A stretch of 33,578 bases of DNA from Chiloscyllium plagiosum (Eukaryota): the NCBI RefSeq assembly GCF_004010195.1, contig NW_025214005.1, positions 4,423-38,000 of the forward strand. Reading direction: 5' to 3'. Each line of letters begins with the position of its first letter. Within the stretch, counting starts at the first letter, position 1. The position numbers were made by a program, and so were the translations under genes. A model generated the notes under the pieces. It saw only the letters and a list, made by a program, of their open reading frames with translations, searched no databases and was not told where the DNA came from. Shown here one piece after another: positions 1-12,733 of this stretch.

Positions 1-430
1 TGTAACCCTTACGTGCTGGAGGAGCATTAGCCGACGTCCAATCTTCCAACACCTCACTGGGTCTGTTTGTAATATAAATATCTCTGTAAGGGACACTGCA
101 ATCTCTTCCCTAGCTTCTGACAATATTCTCAAATCGACTTAATGAGCTACTGAGGATTGATTTACCTTTACTTGTTTTAATATTCCAGCACTTTCTCTTC
201 TCTGTTGAGGATTCTTGCCAAGACATGGCAATTTATTTTTCAAAGTTCCTGAGCTTCCATGTCTTTCTCCAATCTAAATACTGACAAGACTTTTTTTTTG
301 TTTAAGATCTCACCCATCTCCTCTGGTTCCACACATAGGCGACCCTATTGATCTTTAAGGGGCCTTATTCTCTACCAAGTTATTCTTTAGCCCTTATTGT
401 AACTTGCACAAAGGCTTCTGAACATTCAAA
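1..430 (-). mobile_element. Decayed CR1-type LINE ORF2 fragment (region between endonuclease and RT)
   Basis: The reverse complement of ~20-120 reads EAREEIAVSLTEIF, followed by a frameshifted GEVxEDWxxAN-like motif typical of CR1 ORF2. Multiple stops and frameshifts. Confidence 0.75.
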
Positions 431-714
431 TAAACCATATCCTCCGTACCAACACCCACCCCCACCACACGCTTATCTATTCTGCCATTTATATTCACAC
501 CAAAAAACAAAATCCAACAGGCTCAAAAACAAATTCTCTTTTATAAAATGTGTTTCTAAGGGTCTAGTTATTTTGTATTGATATGTCATTTCTCACTCAT
601 TTCAGCATGCTCCTGACTTACTGTCAGGCTAACAGTATTTGTTTTTAGACTGGAAACATAAAGGTTTGTGCGAGTTCTTGTTTACCATACGGAACAACAG
701 TAGCTTACAGGGTC

Positions 715-1045
715 ATCAAGTAATAGAGAAGGCAAATCAAATGCTGCCATTTATTACAATGGGAATGGAGTCTAAATACAGGGAGGTCTTACTAAAATGA
801 TGTAAGGTACAAGTCAGATTACACCTATAATATTATGAACAGTGTGTGTTCCCGAAGGTCAGATATTCTTATATCAGAGGCAGGCCAGAGAAGGTCCACT
901 CGGCTGATGTTGGAAATGGAGGGATTTTATAATAATAAGAGGTGGAGCAGATTGAGAATGAACACATTGAAGTTGAGAAAAATGAGAGAGAAACTGAATG
1001 AAATATGCAAGATTCTGAAGTGCTTTGATCGGACAAATGCTGGGA
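715..1045 (+). mobile_element. Decayed CR1 LINE ORF2 C-terminal fragment
   Basis: Reads VIEKANQMLPFITMGMESKYREVLLK*CKVQVRLHL*YYEQ, matching the KKANSMLAFITRGIEYRSKEVLLQLY...RRHLENCVQ segment of the CR1 copy at 11018-11965. Confidence 0.8.
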
Positions 1046-1048
1046 AGT

Positions 1049-1810
1049 CAGAAAACAGTACAGTGCAGCAATAGGCCCTTCGGCCCACGTTGATGTCATT
1101 CTCAAATCATCCCATCTGTATGTACATGGTCCATGTCCCTCTATTCTCTGCCCGTTTATGTTTTTGTCTAAATACCACTTCAAACATTTACTCACATTTC
1201 TGTTGCTATGACCTCGCTTGGACACTTCCACTCACTGTAAAAAAGAACTTGCCTCACACACTTCATTTAAACTTTCTCTTTCTCATCTTGAACCTCTGCG
1301 CTCTACTATTTGAAACTTTCACATTGGAAAAGAGATTCTGGCCATCCACATTATCTATCCCTGTCTTAACGTTGTATTCCTGAACCTGGCCGCCTGTCAG
1401 CCTCTGATACTCTCAAAAAGCAATTCAACTTTGTTTAATTTCCTCTTAACGCTTAACAAACCCTTAAAAATATAACACAGATAACGTGCTGATAAACCCC
1501 TTTTGTTCCCTCTTCAAAGCCTCCACATCCTTCCTACTTTGTGGAGATTAGAACTGCACACAATACTCCAAGTGTGGCCAATCAGAAGTTTTATACAATT
1601 ACCATATCAGATGCAAATCACGATACCCAACCTTGTGACCGATGAACGCCAGTGTTGCATTTGCTTTCTTTCCCATCTAAAATAATTGTGTTGCCATTTT
1701 CGGAGAGTTACTGGCTTGCACCAAAGTCTTTCTATATATCAATGTCCCTCAGTGTCCACACTTCAATCTTGACTTTGACATTATCTCACACTTGTCCAGA
1801 TTAAACTCAG
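1049..1810 (-). mobile_element. CR1 LINE 3' part (3' UTR tail and ORF2 C-terminus), interrupted by a Penelope-like insertion
   Basis: 1050-1087 (cagaaaacagtacagtgcagcaataggcccttcggccca) is the reverse complement of a CR1 3' tail. The minus strand reads PHLEYCVQF*SP near 1540-1580 and EFNLDKCE at ~1785-1808. Confidence 0.8.
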
Positions 1811-1908
1811 ANNNNNNNNNNNNNNNNNNNNNNNNNNNNNNNNNNNNNNNNNNNNNNNNNNNNNNNNNNNNNNNNNNNNNNNNNNNNNNNNNNNNNNNNN
1901 NNNNNNNN

Positions 1909-2220
1909 GGCGGAGAGGTCAGGAAGAAGATTGCAGGTTAGGAAGGCGGTGCTGAGTGCGAGGGATTTGACTGAGACAAAGTGGGATGAGGGGAAATGAG
2001 GAAACTGGAGAAATCTGAGTTCATCCCTTGCGGTTGGAAGGTTGCTAGGCGGAAGATGAGGCGCTCTTCCTCCAACCGTCGTGTTGCTATGGTCTGGCGA
2101 TGGAGGAGTCCAAGTACCTGCATGTCCTTGGTGGGGTACGAGGGGGAGTTGAAGTGTTGAGCCACGGGGTGGTTGGGTTGTTGGTCCGGGTGTCCCTGAG
2201 GTGTTCTCTGAAACTTTTTG
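1909..2220 (-). mobile_element. Penelope-like element fragment (C-terminal part of the GIY-YIG endonuclease domain)
   Basis: ORF 1938-2234 contains HPVAQHFNSPSYPTKDMQVLGLLHRQTIATRRLEEERLIFRLATFQPQGMNSDF, the conserved PLE C-terminus, which is also seen at ~28330-28500. The left end is hidden in the gap. Confidence 0.85.
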
Positions 2221-2355
2221 CCATTTCTCTGCACATCTTTCTGACTGATCTTTTACCTCCTGCAACCTTGGATATCCTTGCTCATTAACCCCAGTTCAAC
2301 CAATTTTCATTTCATCTGCAATAATTATATTTGTCACGACCTTTCATTTCAATTG
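2221..2355 (-). mobile_element. CR1 LINE RT fragment, continuation of the 1049-1810 element
   Basis: The minus strand reads IADEMKIG...RLQEVKDQSERCAEKW (the FADDTKIG...RLQxD...WAEKW region), which joins EFNLDKCE on the other side of the insertion. Confidence 0.75.
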
Positions 2356-2357
2356 TG

Positions 2358-2663
2358 TGAGAATCTGTAACCAGGGGTCAGAAAATCCCAACAATGGCTC
2401 ACTCATGTAAGATGGAGATGAGGAGGAATGTCTTCACTCAGAGGCTAATGACTCTGTATGAATTCCTGACAGCATGGGGCTGCCGAGACTGGGTCAATAA
2501 GAATATTTACAACAGAGATGATCAGATTGCAAAAAAATCAGGGAAACAAGGGTTTTGTGGAGAAGGCAGGAAAGTAGAGTTGAAGATAATCAGGTCAGCC
2601 ATGTCCTGATTGAAGGGCAGAGCATCCTCAATAGGCCAAATGGCCTCATTCTGCTCCCACATC
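2358..2663 (+). mobile_element. CR1 LINE 3' end (ORF2 terminus plus 3' UTR)
   Basis: Contains the EMRRNVFTQR motif (ORF 2394-2609), followed by the tail-like sequence ggccaaatggcctcattctgctccca. Confidence 0.8.
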
Positions 2664-2664
2664 T

Positions 2665-3200
2665 CAACTCAGTATCTCCATTATAACATTATGAATCTCT
2701 GCTCACAAACTCCCTTATGTTGGGATTATTAGATGTTTATTATTACACAGCATTTGATCTACAATAGACAATTTTGTTGATGGCTCCTCGATATGATGTT
2801 CTGGAAAACCATCTCATATACAATACAGGATTCCATCCATTACAGCCCTGATACTCATTAGTTATCCAGTCGGGATGGAGACCACTGTCACACACAGTTA
2901 CCGTCCTGCCCTTGCTGCAAGTATATTCAGTGTCCTGACCGCAACCATATTGACATTACCAATGCTGTCTGGTGCCTAAAAAAAGAATTCTTGCTAATGC
3001 TTGCTGCTGCTTGTTTATGCTCAGCTCCACCCAAATAGACTCCAAATTTTTATCTTCAGATCCACGTGACTGCCTCAGTAATGCATTAACCTCATCCTTT
3101 CTTCACAACTTGTTGGCTTTTTGCCTGTCTTGCCTTGATCCCAACAACCCTTCACTATTCCCTTCCCAGCGACGGACATTCTGCAGCTACAACTCCGAAT
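2665..3200 (-). mobile_element. Decayed CR1 LINE APE endonuclease fragment
   Basis: The minus strand reads LESIWVELSINK (~3010-3050) and DGFPEHHIEEPSTKLSIVDQMLCN (~2740-2815), resembling the CR1 endonuclease motifs ESxWVEL and DGFLEQxVEEPTR...LDLVLCN. Confidence 0.65.
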
Positions 3201-3269
3201 GACAGTTCCATCATATCTGTTTAGTGTCATTCCATCTGCCTTATGGCGAATGCAGGGAGTCATTCCTCA

Positions 3270-5440
3270 ATAGAGGGGGATTGAACGCATGGGTAGAGGT
3301 TACAGAGATAGGGAGGCTTACAGGGTCTCGAGGATGTTCGAGTTAAACAGAGTTACATCTAGTCATGAATGTCAGTGGGACAAATGGGTTTGGGGATTTG
3401 AGGAATTTACAGAGATAGAGGGAGCTGGATTAGATTCTGGAGATAGGAATAGGGATCGATGTCGGGAGGGGCAGGCAGTCTGAGAGGCAGAGACAGTGGG
3501 TGTTTCAAGGAGAAGTCTATTGTATATACTAACAGAGATATGAAACGTTGTAGTGACGGAAGACATTTACAGTTATAAGAAGGTTTCCAGGTTCTGAAGG
3601 CTACATTGATAGGAAAGCAATGGAGAATGGAGGGTTGCACAAACTGAAAGAGGTTCCTGTGGTCAGGAGGGTTGTGGGGGAGCGGTCAGGTTTAAATAGA
3701 TTAAGATAGAAGAATTGTAGAAGGATAAGGAGGTTACAGATGGATGTCGGGATTGGATGAGCTGACATTGAAAGTGAGTCTTATGGAAACTGGGGAGTCA
3801 CAAAGATCTGGGTTGGTGCTGAGATCGGCAAATAGGCAGGGACTTCAAGGGATTACCCAACAAGCGAAGATTAAAGGGGGTCCATAGATTGGGGTGTTGT
3901 CAGGACTTGAAGAGGTTACACAGAATGGGAGAGCTTTAAGGGCTGTCGATGTTTATGGCGATAGTGGCGGGGCTGGAGCAGTTAGCAGAGACATGAAAAC
4001 TTTTAGGACAGTACTAAGATACACAGGCTTCAGTTATTGCAAGAATGGGAAGGTTAGTGCGACTGGAGGAGCGAAGAAAGGTACAGACAGCAGTGGTGGC
4101 TGCAGATGTTAACGGATTATGGAGAGACTTGCAGATTAGAGAGCGTGTGGGCTTCAGATTCTGACAGCCATTGTACGAAGTGGAGTAGCCTTGGAAAATG
4201 GCGAGTTTGCAGCTATAGAAGGTGCTGATGGGACTGGATGTGGTAAAAGATGTAGAGAAGGTTGTGGAAGCAGTTGGTGGTTCGAGATAGGGAGCACTGC
4301 AGAGACTGCAGGGGATCATGTAGACAGGGGGATTTCTAAGAGCAGGGGAAAGTAACAGAAATAGAGAAGTGCAGTGCCTGAAGAGGGTTCAGCAACCAGG
4401 AGGTTTCAAGGTGCAGTACAAAGTTACAAAGACTGGAACAGTACTAGGGATTGGAGGAGCTTAGAAAGATAGGGAGGCTTTCAACACTGTAGGATAGTAT
4501 GTTACAGAGATGAGGAGAGTTTCACAACGAATGGGAATTTGAAAGGTCAGGAGGATTTGAGGTTATTGGAGCAGTTTTAACTATATAATTTCTCCAGAGA
4601 TAGAGAAAGTTGTGGAGACTGGAACAGGTGAAATAGCGGGAGGGTTTTATGAGTAAGAAGGACTTTTCAGAGAAACAGAAGGATGTAGGGATGGAACATG
4701 GTGAGAGTCACAGTGACAATTACGGCAGCTCATGAAGGTAACAGAAATATATAGTGTAGTGATAAGGGAAGAACATTAAAGGTATAAAGATTTGTAGAGA
4801 CTGAAGGAGATGACATGCACTGCAAGGGGATTAGGGATGACTAAAGTATACAGACATTGAGTCTGGTTGAGAGAGGAAGCGATTATTGTCATCATTAGGA
4901 TTGTAGAGACGAAACTCCATGATAGAACTTGATGTATCCACAGCCATGGAGGATATTAACAGATGGAGAAGGTTCCTAAGGTCAGGAGGTCCTTGGGAGA
5001 TTTCACAGATAGTGAGATTCTCAGTTAAGAGCCTGACATAGTTACAAAGACAGGGAGGTATTTCAGGTCTGGAAGGGATGACAGAGGTCGGGACAGCTCA
5101 ATGGACTGAATAATCTTGTACAGATAAGGAAGTTTGGAGGTGCTGGAGAAGTTTAACCAGATAGGTATGGATGGAGGGGTTAAAGACAAACACATTGACA
5201 TGGAGGGTGGTATTGCTGGGAGGATATTACAGGGATAGACACGACTGTCGGGGTTAACAGGGATGATGGAATTTAGTATCTACTGTAGAAGTTTAGGGAT
5301 TAGGGTGTTAGGGGTTAGAGAACCTGACAGAGGCAGAGAGCATTGTGGGGACGAGAGGAGATTCCAAACAGAGGGAAGATAATCAGGAATGGAGGACATT
5401 ACAGAGATCACTAATACAGCATAGGCCAGGATTGATGTCT
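3270..5440. repeat. Highly degenerate purine-rich minisatellite, unit ~37 bp (approx. ggaggaggttacagagatagggagggttgtagggact)
   Basis: The core gttacagagatagggag recurs throughout. Cores near 5041, 5077, 5114 and 5152 give a spacing of ~37 bp. Strong G/A bias on the + strand. Confidence 0.75.
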
Positions 5441-5857
5441 GGGATCCCCTGTGCTGTCTCAGTGAGGACCAGTACAGCAGAGGTGAAAGCACGACTCTCA
5501 GCAGATGGTGGGATTGCAGCCTAGGATGTAGCTGTTCCTTGCCTAGCAGTGTATCTATGTCCTATATCTCTCAGTCATGTTTCTGTTCTGGTTGGAATAT
5601 TGCAGTCCCCAGAGCCAATCCATGTTCTGAGCTCATCTCCCTTAACAGTCAGGCCTCATGCGTGCCGTTCAGCCAACGAACCGCCCGCCTCCACCTCCAT
5701 CTCCATCCCAACCGCCCCCAACCAACACCACCAAGGAATACTGGCGCCCCTCTGGTTCAAATCCAATTCCCTTCCAAATGACGGGCAAGCAATTTCTAAG
5801 GGGACCTTAGAAATGAGGGGCAAGCAATGGTCATTAAATATCCGTGGCAGACACGAT

Positions 5858-6775
5858 TAAGGAAAATCTACAAGATATATTATGACATAGTCATTGTTAG
5901 AGGATTCCCAGCTAAAGAGTGAGGCCTGTTGGAAACCAAAGGGACAATCTGTGCATGGAGCCAGAGGAAGTAGGTGAAGTCTTCAATGAATACTTCCCAT
6001 CTGTATTCACACAGTAGGAAGGCATTGTCGTCGGGGCTATCAGTTGGGATGGTGAGGTTCGAGAACAGGTTAAGATCAATGAGGAGGTATTAAATGTTTT
6101 CACAGGCATAAAGGTCGAGAAATCTCCAGCGCCCAATGAAATGTATCCCACGCTGCTATGGGAGGTAAGGGAGGAGATTGCTGGGGTCCTGGTTGATATA
6201 TTTAATACTTTGCTGACCACAGGTGAAATGCTAAAAGACTGGAGGATAGCTAATGTGGTTCATTTGTTCAAGAAGGGTAGCAGGGATAGGCCAGGTAATT
6301 ACAGAGCAGATAGTCTGACAACAGGGGGAGAGACTTTATTGGAAACAGTTCTGACGAACAATTAGGGATCGTCAGCACGGATTTGGTAAAGGAAGATCCT
6401 GTCTGATGAAGTCAGCTGAGTTTTCTTTGAAATCACGATTAAAAATATTGATGAGGGCAGTGCAGATGATGTGGGTTCCTTGGAGTTCACTATTGCCTTT
6501 GACAATGTCCCACATGGAAGGTTGGTCCAACAGACCAATGGGATCCAAGGCAAGTTGGCATATTGAATCCACAATTGTTGGAGGGTTGGTTTTGTGTTTG
6601 AAATTCTTTCACCAGTGGGTGCACCACAGGGATCTGTGCAGGAACCATTGCTGTTTGTATGTACATTAATACCTTGGATGTGAAAGCAGAAGGTATCATT
6701 ACTCGGTTTGCAGATGACATGATAGGTGAGGGTGTTGTCCACAGTGAGGGGGATGGTCTCAGGCTGCAGTCTGAA
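5858..6775 (+). mobile_element. Decayed CR1 LINE ORF2 fragment (pre-RT and RT regions, with internal deletions)
   Basis: Reads NLCMEPEEVGEVFNEYFPSVFT, then ORF 6141-6365 (MYPTLLWEVREEIAG...DWRIANVVHLFKKGSRDRPGNYR), then SGCTTGSV/PQGS-like sequence and the RT motif FADD at ~6708-6719. Confidence 0.85.
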
Positions 6776-6839
6776 GGTTGCGGCTGGGACAGAATTTCAA
6801 GAGAGCCATTTAAATAGACAATGCCAGCAAGAACACAGC

Positions 6840-8243
6840 AGTCAATAAGGGAAAACGGATCAATTAAACTACTTTATTTCAACATAACAGGTAAGGCAGA
6901 TGAACTTTGCGCATGGATATGGGACTAGGACACCATAGGTCTGACAGAAACACAGCTGAGGGAGGGACAGGACTGGCAACCCAATGTTCAAGGTTACAGA
7001 TTCTACAGGATGGAGAGAACAGGAGGTGAGAGAGGAGGGGGATTGGAGTTTTTGATCAGTGGAACATCACTGCAGCTCTTAGAGATGATATTCCTGGGGA
7101 TTGTCCAGTGATGCTGTAATGGTGGAAATGATAAATGAGAATTGGTCATCACTTTGATATAACTGCACTACATGCTCTCAACAGTCAGTGGGAAATTGAG
7201 CAGCAAATATGTCGGGATACTTCAGATATCTGTAAGAATTATAGCGTTGTAATGGGTGGGCATTTTAACTTTCCAAACTTCGACTGGGCCTGCCAGAGTG
7301 TTCACAGCTTGGATGGGAAGGATTTGTTCGGCATGTTCAAGAAAACTCTCCCAGTCAAAATGTCAATGTTCGGACTGCAGGAAGGGCTAAAACCTGACTT
7401 TTCCTTGGGAGACAAGGTAGGAAAAGCGACAGAGGTATTCGTGGGGAAACACTTTGGCAAAGTCACAACAATCGTATTAGTTTGAAAATAGTGATGTAAA
7501 AAACATGGCAGGTTCACAAGTTATTGATCAAAACTGGCCTTGCCTGAATCCAGAAGGTATGAGTCAAGAGCATTTAACAATTGATTGTGGAGGCTATTTG
7601 CAGGTAAAGGGACGTCAGGCAGATGGGAAGCTTTCAAAAGAGAGATACAACGAGAGTTCAGGGCCAGCATATTCCTGTTAGTGTGAAGGATAATGCTGAT
7701 GAAAGTAAGAAAACCTGGATGACTGGAGATATTGAGGTTCTGATCAAGAGAAATTGAGCACGTATTACATATAGCCAGCTGGATTAAGGAAATCCACATG
7801 AAGAACATTGCAGGTGGAGTAATACACTTAAGTGGGAAATCAGGAAGGCCCAAAAGGGACCACAGAAAGCTCTGGTAGTTCAAACTGAGGAAAACACAAG
7901 TATATTAACAATAGAAGATTAAATACGGATGGAATATGGTTCCTTCATGATCAATGGGGCTAACCAAGTGTGGAACCAGAGGAGATGGCTGAGATCCTAA
8001 ATTTTACGTTTCAACTTACTGTGGAGAAAGTCTGGGAAAGTCAGGGAAACAAACAGTGATGTCTTCAAAAGAGTCGATATTACAGAACAGGAGGTAGTGG
8101 AGGTTTTAAAATGCATAAAAGGTAGGCAAATCCCAGGGAACTAATCAAGTATATCCCTGGATATTGTGGAAAGATCCGAAAGAAATTGTGGGATCTCATA
8201 AAGAGAATTTTCTATCACTGATAGACACTGGTGATGAGCTGTA
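6840..8243 (+). mobile_element. Decayed CR1 LINE ORF2 N-terminal half (APE endonuclease to pre-RT), truncated by the satellite
   Basis: Reads GKADEL...GLTETQLREGQDWQPNVQGYRFYRMERTGGERGGG, VVMGGHFNFPNFDW (GDFN motif) and VEPEEMAEILN. It covers the same ORF2 segment as part of 5858-6775, so it is a separate copy. Confidence 0.85.
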
Positions 8244-8244
8244 A

Positions 8245-10929
8245 GCCTCACACTCACTCAGTCACCATCACACTGTCCCCCTCACACTCATTCAGCCATC
8301 GTTTCCCTGACAGGATCACACTCACGCAGTCACCGTCACCCTGAAACACTCACACTCAATTTATGAATACCAACCTGATGGAAACATACATGCACTCCGT
8401 CCCTGTCACGCTGAGACACTCACAGTCTCTCTGTTCCTGTCACGCTGAGGCACTCACACAGTCTTTGTCCCCGTCACCCTGTCCTGCTCACACTTACTCC
8501 ATAACCATAACCCTGACCCCCTCACACTTACTCGATCACTGTCACACTGTCTCCGTCGCAATCACTCAATCTCCGTTAGCCTGTCCACCTCACACTCACT
8601 CTATCACGGTCATACTGATACCCTGACACTCATTCTGTGCCGTCAGCCTGAAACACATACACACACACACACAACCTCACTCTCACCCTGAACCCCTCAA
8701 ACTCACACACTCACTATCACCCTGATCCGCTCCGATTCATACAGTAACTGCCACACTGGCACCCTCACACACACACCATCAGGGTCCCGCTGAACCCGTC
8801 ACACTCACACACTCACCGCCACCGTTACCCCTCACACTCACTCCGTCACCGTCACCGTGACCCCTTCACACTCACTCAGAAGCACCATAAACATAATCCC
8901 ATCAAGCTCCGTTATCCTGACCCCCTCACAATCACTACATCACCGTCACCCTGACCCCCTCACACTCACTATGTCACTGTCACACACACACGCGGACACA
9001 CTCTCTCTCTTCCACAGTCACCCTGACCAGTCACAGTAACCGTGTCTACATGGCACTCACTTCCTCATCGTCATTGTTAAACCCTCCCACTTACTGCATC
9101 CCTGTCACTCTGACAACGTCACACCCACACTCTGTCATCGTCACCCTGGTCCCCTCACTCTCACTCCATCACCATCACCCTAACCCCCTCACTCTCTCTC
9201 TCTCTATGACCGTTACCTGGTCACCCTAACCCCATCACTCCATCACCATAACCTTGACCCCGTCTCACACACTCTGGCACTATCACCCGAAACCCCTCAA
9301 AATCACTAGGTCACCGTCAACCAGACGCAGTCACACTCACTCCCAAAGTGACCCCCTCACACTCGGTCCATTTCCGTCATCCTGATCCCATTACACGATT
9401 CCTGTCACTGTCACTCTGAATCACTCACACTCACTCCGCAGTATCAACCCGATACCATCACACTCATTCCATCACTGTCAGAATTACCCACACACATTCA
9501 CTCCATCACCGTCGCCCTGACCCGCTCACACTCACTCCGTCACCGTCACCCTGATCCCTGATCCCATCACAGTTACTCCATCATCATCACACTATCCCTC
9601 TCACACTCTCTCCATGACCAGCACCCGGTCACCTTCACACTCTCTCCATCATCGTCACGCTCACCCCGCCCAATCATTCCGTCAGCATCACCCTGACGCC
9701 TCACACTCACTCCATGACTGTCACCCTGACCCCATCGGGCACACTCTGTCACCGTCACCCAGAACCCCTCAAAATCTATTGGTCACCGGCAAACTGACCC
9801 CATCACATTCACTCCCATCAAAATAAATTGGTCACCGTCAAACTGAGCCCATCACATTCACTCCCACCCTGATCCTCTTACATTCACTATATCATTGTCA
9901 TCCAGACACCCCACACTATCCTATCACTTGCACCCTGACATCCTCACATTCACTCAGTCACTGACACCCGGACACCTTCACACTCACTCAGTCACTGTCA
10001 CCCTGGCCCCCTCGCACTCATACGTCACTATTTCCCTGACAGGGTCACAATCACTTCGTCACCGTCACACTGAATCATTCATATCCACTGCATCAATGTG
10101 AACCTGACGCACACAGGTGCATTCGTCACACTCAGGCACGCACACTCACACTGGCACGGTTAGACCCAGCCCCTCGCAATTCCTCTGCCCCGATCAACCT
10201 GAGCCCCTCACACTCTGTTACCCGGACACTCTCATTCCTACTCCATCACCGTCACAGTGACCCCCTCACATCATTCGATCACTGTCACCCTGACACCATC
10301 ACACTACTCCAGCACCATGACCCTGAACCCTGCACACACACTGTCAGTGTCAGCCTGACCCCCTCACAGTCACTCCATCAGCGACACCCTAACCCCCTAT
10401 CACACTCACTATGTCACTTTCACACACACGCGCGGACACACACAGACATTTACTCTATCATCGTCACACTGACCGCCTCACACTGACTCCATAACCATCA
10501 GCCAGACCACTCAATGCACTTAGTAACCATCACCTGGACCCCCTCACACTCACTAAATCACCGTCACGCCATCACCGAAATAGTGATTCAGACACACTCA
10601 CTACATCACTGTCAACCTGTGCCCCTCACAATCTCTCTGCCCCTGTTACTCTGAGGCCCTCACACTGTCTTTGTCTCCGTCAACTTGACCCAATCACACT
10701 AACTCCGTCACTGTCACCCGCCACCCCTCTCACCCTGTCACTGTGACCCTGGAACCTTCACATTCACTCTGTCACTGTCACACTGTACCCCTCACTCTGA
10801 CATTCTGGTATTCACCCGTCATTATCATCTTATGTCCTCATATTCACTCCGTCAGCGTAATCTATCACACAGTCCCACTCACGCAATCACCATAACCCTG
10901 GCACCCTCACACTCAATCCGTCATTGTCA
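8245..10929. repeat. Degenerate C/A-rich satellite, 34-bp unit (tcacactcactccatcactgtcaccctgaccccc), left block
   Basis: The unit is read directly (e.g. ctga at 9517 and 9551, period 34). The + strand is nearly devoid of G. ORF translations cycle through SHSLHHRHPDP, LTLTPSPSP* and HTHSITVTLTP, as expected for a 3n+1 unit. Confidence 0.9.
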
Positions 10930-12733
10930 CAATAGACAATAGACAATAGGTGCAGGAGTAAGCCATTCTGCCCTTCACGCCAGCACCACCATTCATTATG
11001 ATCATGGCTGGTCTTCCTCAATCAGTATCCTGTTCCTGCCTTATCCCCATAACCCTTGAAGGTCTTTGACTATCCTTAAGAGCTCTATGCAACTCTTTCT
11101 TAAAGGTTTCCAGAGACTTGGCCTCCACAGCCCTATCGGGCATAGCAATCCAGACACCCACCACTCTCTGGGTGAAGAGGTTTTTCCTTAACTCTGTTCT
11201 AAATGGACTACTCCTTATTTTCAAACTGTGTCCTCTGCTTCGGGATTCACCCATCAGCGGAAACGTACTTCCCACCTCCAGAGTGTCCAATCCTTTATTA
11301 ATCTTACACGTCTCAATCAGATCTCCTCTCAGACGTCTAAACTCAAGGGTATACAAGCCCAGTCGCTCCAATTTTTCAACGTAAGACAGTCCCGCCATTC
11401 CGGGAATTGACTTTGTGAACCTCCGCTGCATTCCCTCAATAGCCAGAATGTCTTTCGTCAAATTTGGAGACCAAAACTGCACACAATTTTCCAGGTGCCG
11501 TCTCACCAGGGCCCTGTACAGCTGCAGAAGGACCTCTTTGCTTCGATATTCAATTCCTCTTGTTATGAAGGCCAGCATGCTATTAGCTTTCTTCATTGCC
11601 TGCTGTACCAGCATGCTTGCTTTCATTGACTGATGTACAAAAACGTCTAGATCTCGTTTTACAGCCCCTTTACCTAACTTGACTCCATTTAGGTAGTAAT
11701 CTGTCTTCCAGTTCTTGTCACCAAGGTGGATCCGCACACATTTAACCACATTAAACTGCATCTGCCATGCATCTATCCACTCACCTGGCCTGTCCAGGTC
11801 ACCTTGTAATCTCCTAACATCCTCTTCACATTTCACACTGCCTCCTAGCTTTGTATCAGCAGAAAATTTGCGAATATTACTTTTACTACCATTATCTATG
11901 TTATTAATGTCTATTGTAAAAATCTGCTGTCCCAGCACTGATCCCTGCGGTACCCCACTGGTCACCAGCTGCTATTCTGAAAGGGAGCCATTTATCACGA
12001 ATCTTTGTTTCCTGTCAGACAACCAATTTTCAATCCAAGTCAATATTTTGACCCCAATACCATGCACCCTAATTGTGCTCACTAACCTCCTATGTTGGAC
12101 TTTATCAAAGTCTTTCAGAAAGTCCAGGTACACTACATCCACTGGATCTCCCTTGTCCATCTTCAGAGTTACATTCTCAAAAAAGTCCAGAAGATTAGTC
12201 AAGCATAATTACCCCTTCATAAATCCATGCTGACTCTGACCTATCCTGTTATTGCGATCCAGATGTGTCATAATTTCATCCTTTATAATTGACTCCAGCG
12301 TCTTGCCCACCACTGAGGTCAGACTAACTGGTCTATAATTCCCTGCTTTCTCTCTCTCTCTCTCCTTTCTTGAAAAGTGGGACAACATTAGCTACTCTCC
12401 AATCTGCAGGATCTGATCCTGAATCTATAGAACATTGGAAAATGATCCCCCATGCATCTGCGATTTCGAGACCCACCTCCTTCAGTATCCTGGGATGTAG
12501 ACAATCGGGTCCCAGGGAGGAACCAGCCTTCAGACCTAACACCATTTTCTGGCAACTATAAATTCCCTTCAGTTCAGGTCCCTCAGCCACTATTACCTCT
12601 GGGAGATTGCTTGTGTCTTCCACAGTGAACACAGATCTGAAGTACCAATTCAACTCTTCTCCCATTTCTTCGTGCTCCGTAATATGTTCACCCGTTTCTG
12701 TCTTCAAGGGCCCAATTTTAGTCCGAACCATTT
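10930..12733 (-). mobile_element. 5'-truncated, comparatively young CR1 LINE with RT, ORF2 C-terminus, 3' UTR and (TCTATTG)n tail
   Basis: ORFs 12333-12761, 11972-12202 and 11018-11965 give DWRVANVVPLFKKG, VYLDFLKDFDKVQH and SGVPQGSVLG...KFSADTKLGG (catalytic FADD altered to FSAD). The tail caatagacaatagacaatagg lies at 10930-10950. Satellite flanks both sides. Confidence 0.95.

Noticed and set aside
5480..5860. Pro-rich short ORFs in unique-looking sequence
   Set aside because: No recognisable motif or convincing splice-site pair, so they cannot be supported as exons.
11018..11965. 315-aa RT ORF as an active retrotransposon or domesticated gene
   Set aside because: The element is 5'-truncated with upstream stops and a frameshift, and the catalytic FADD is changed to FSAD.
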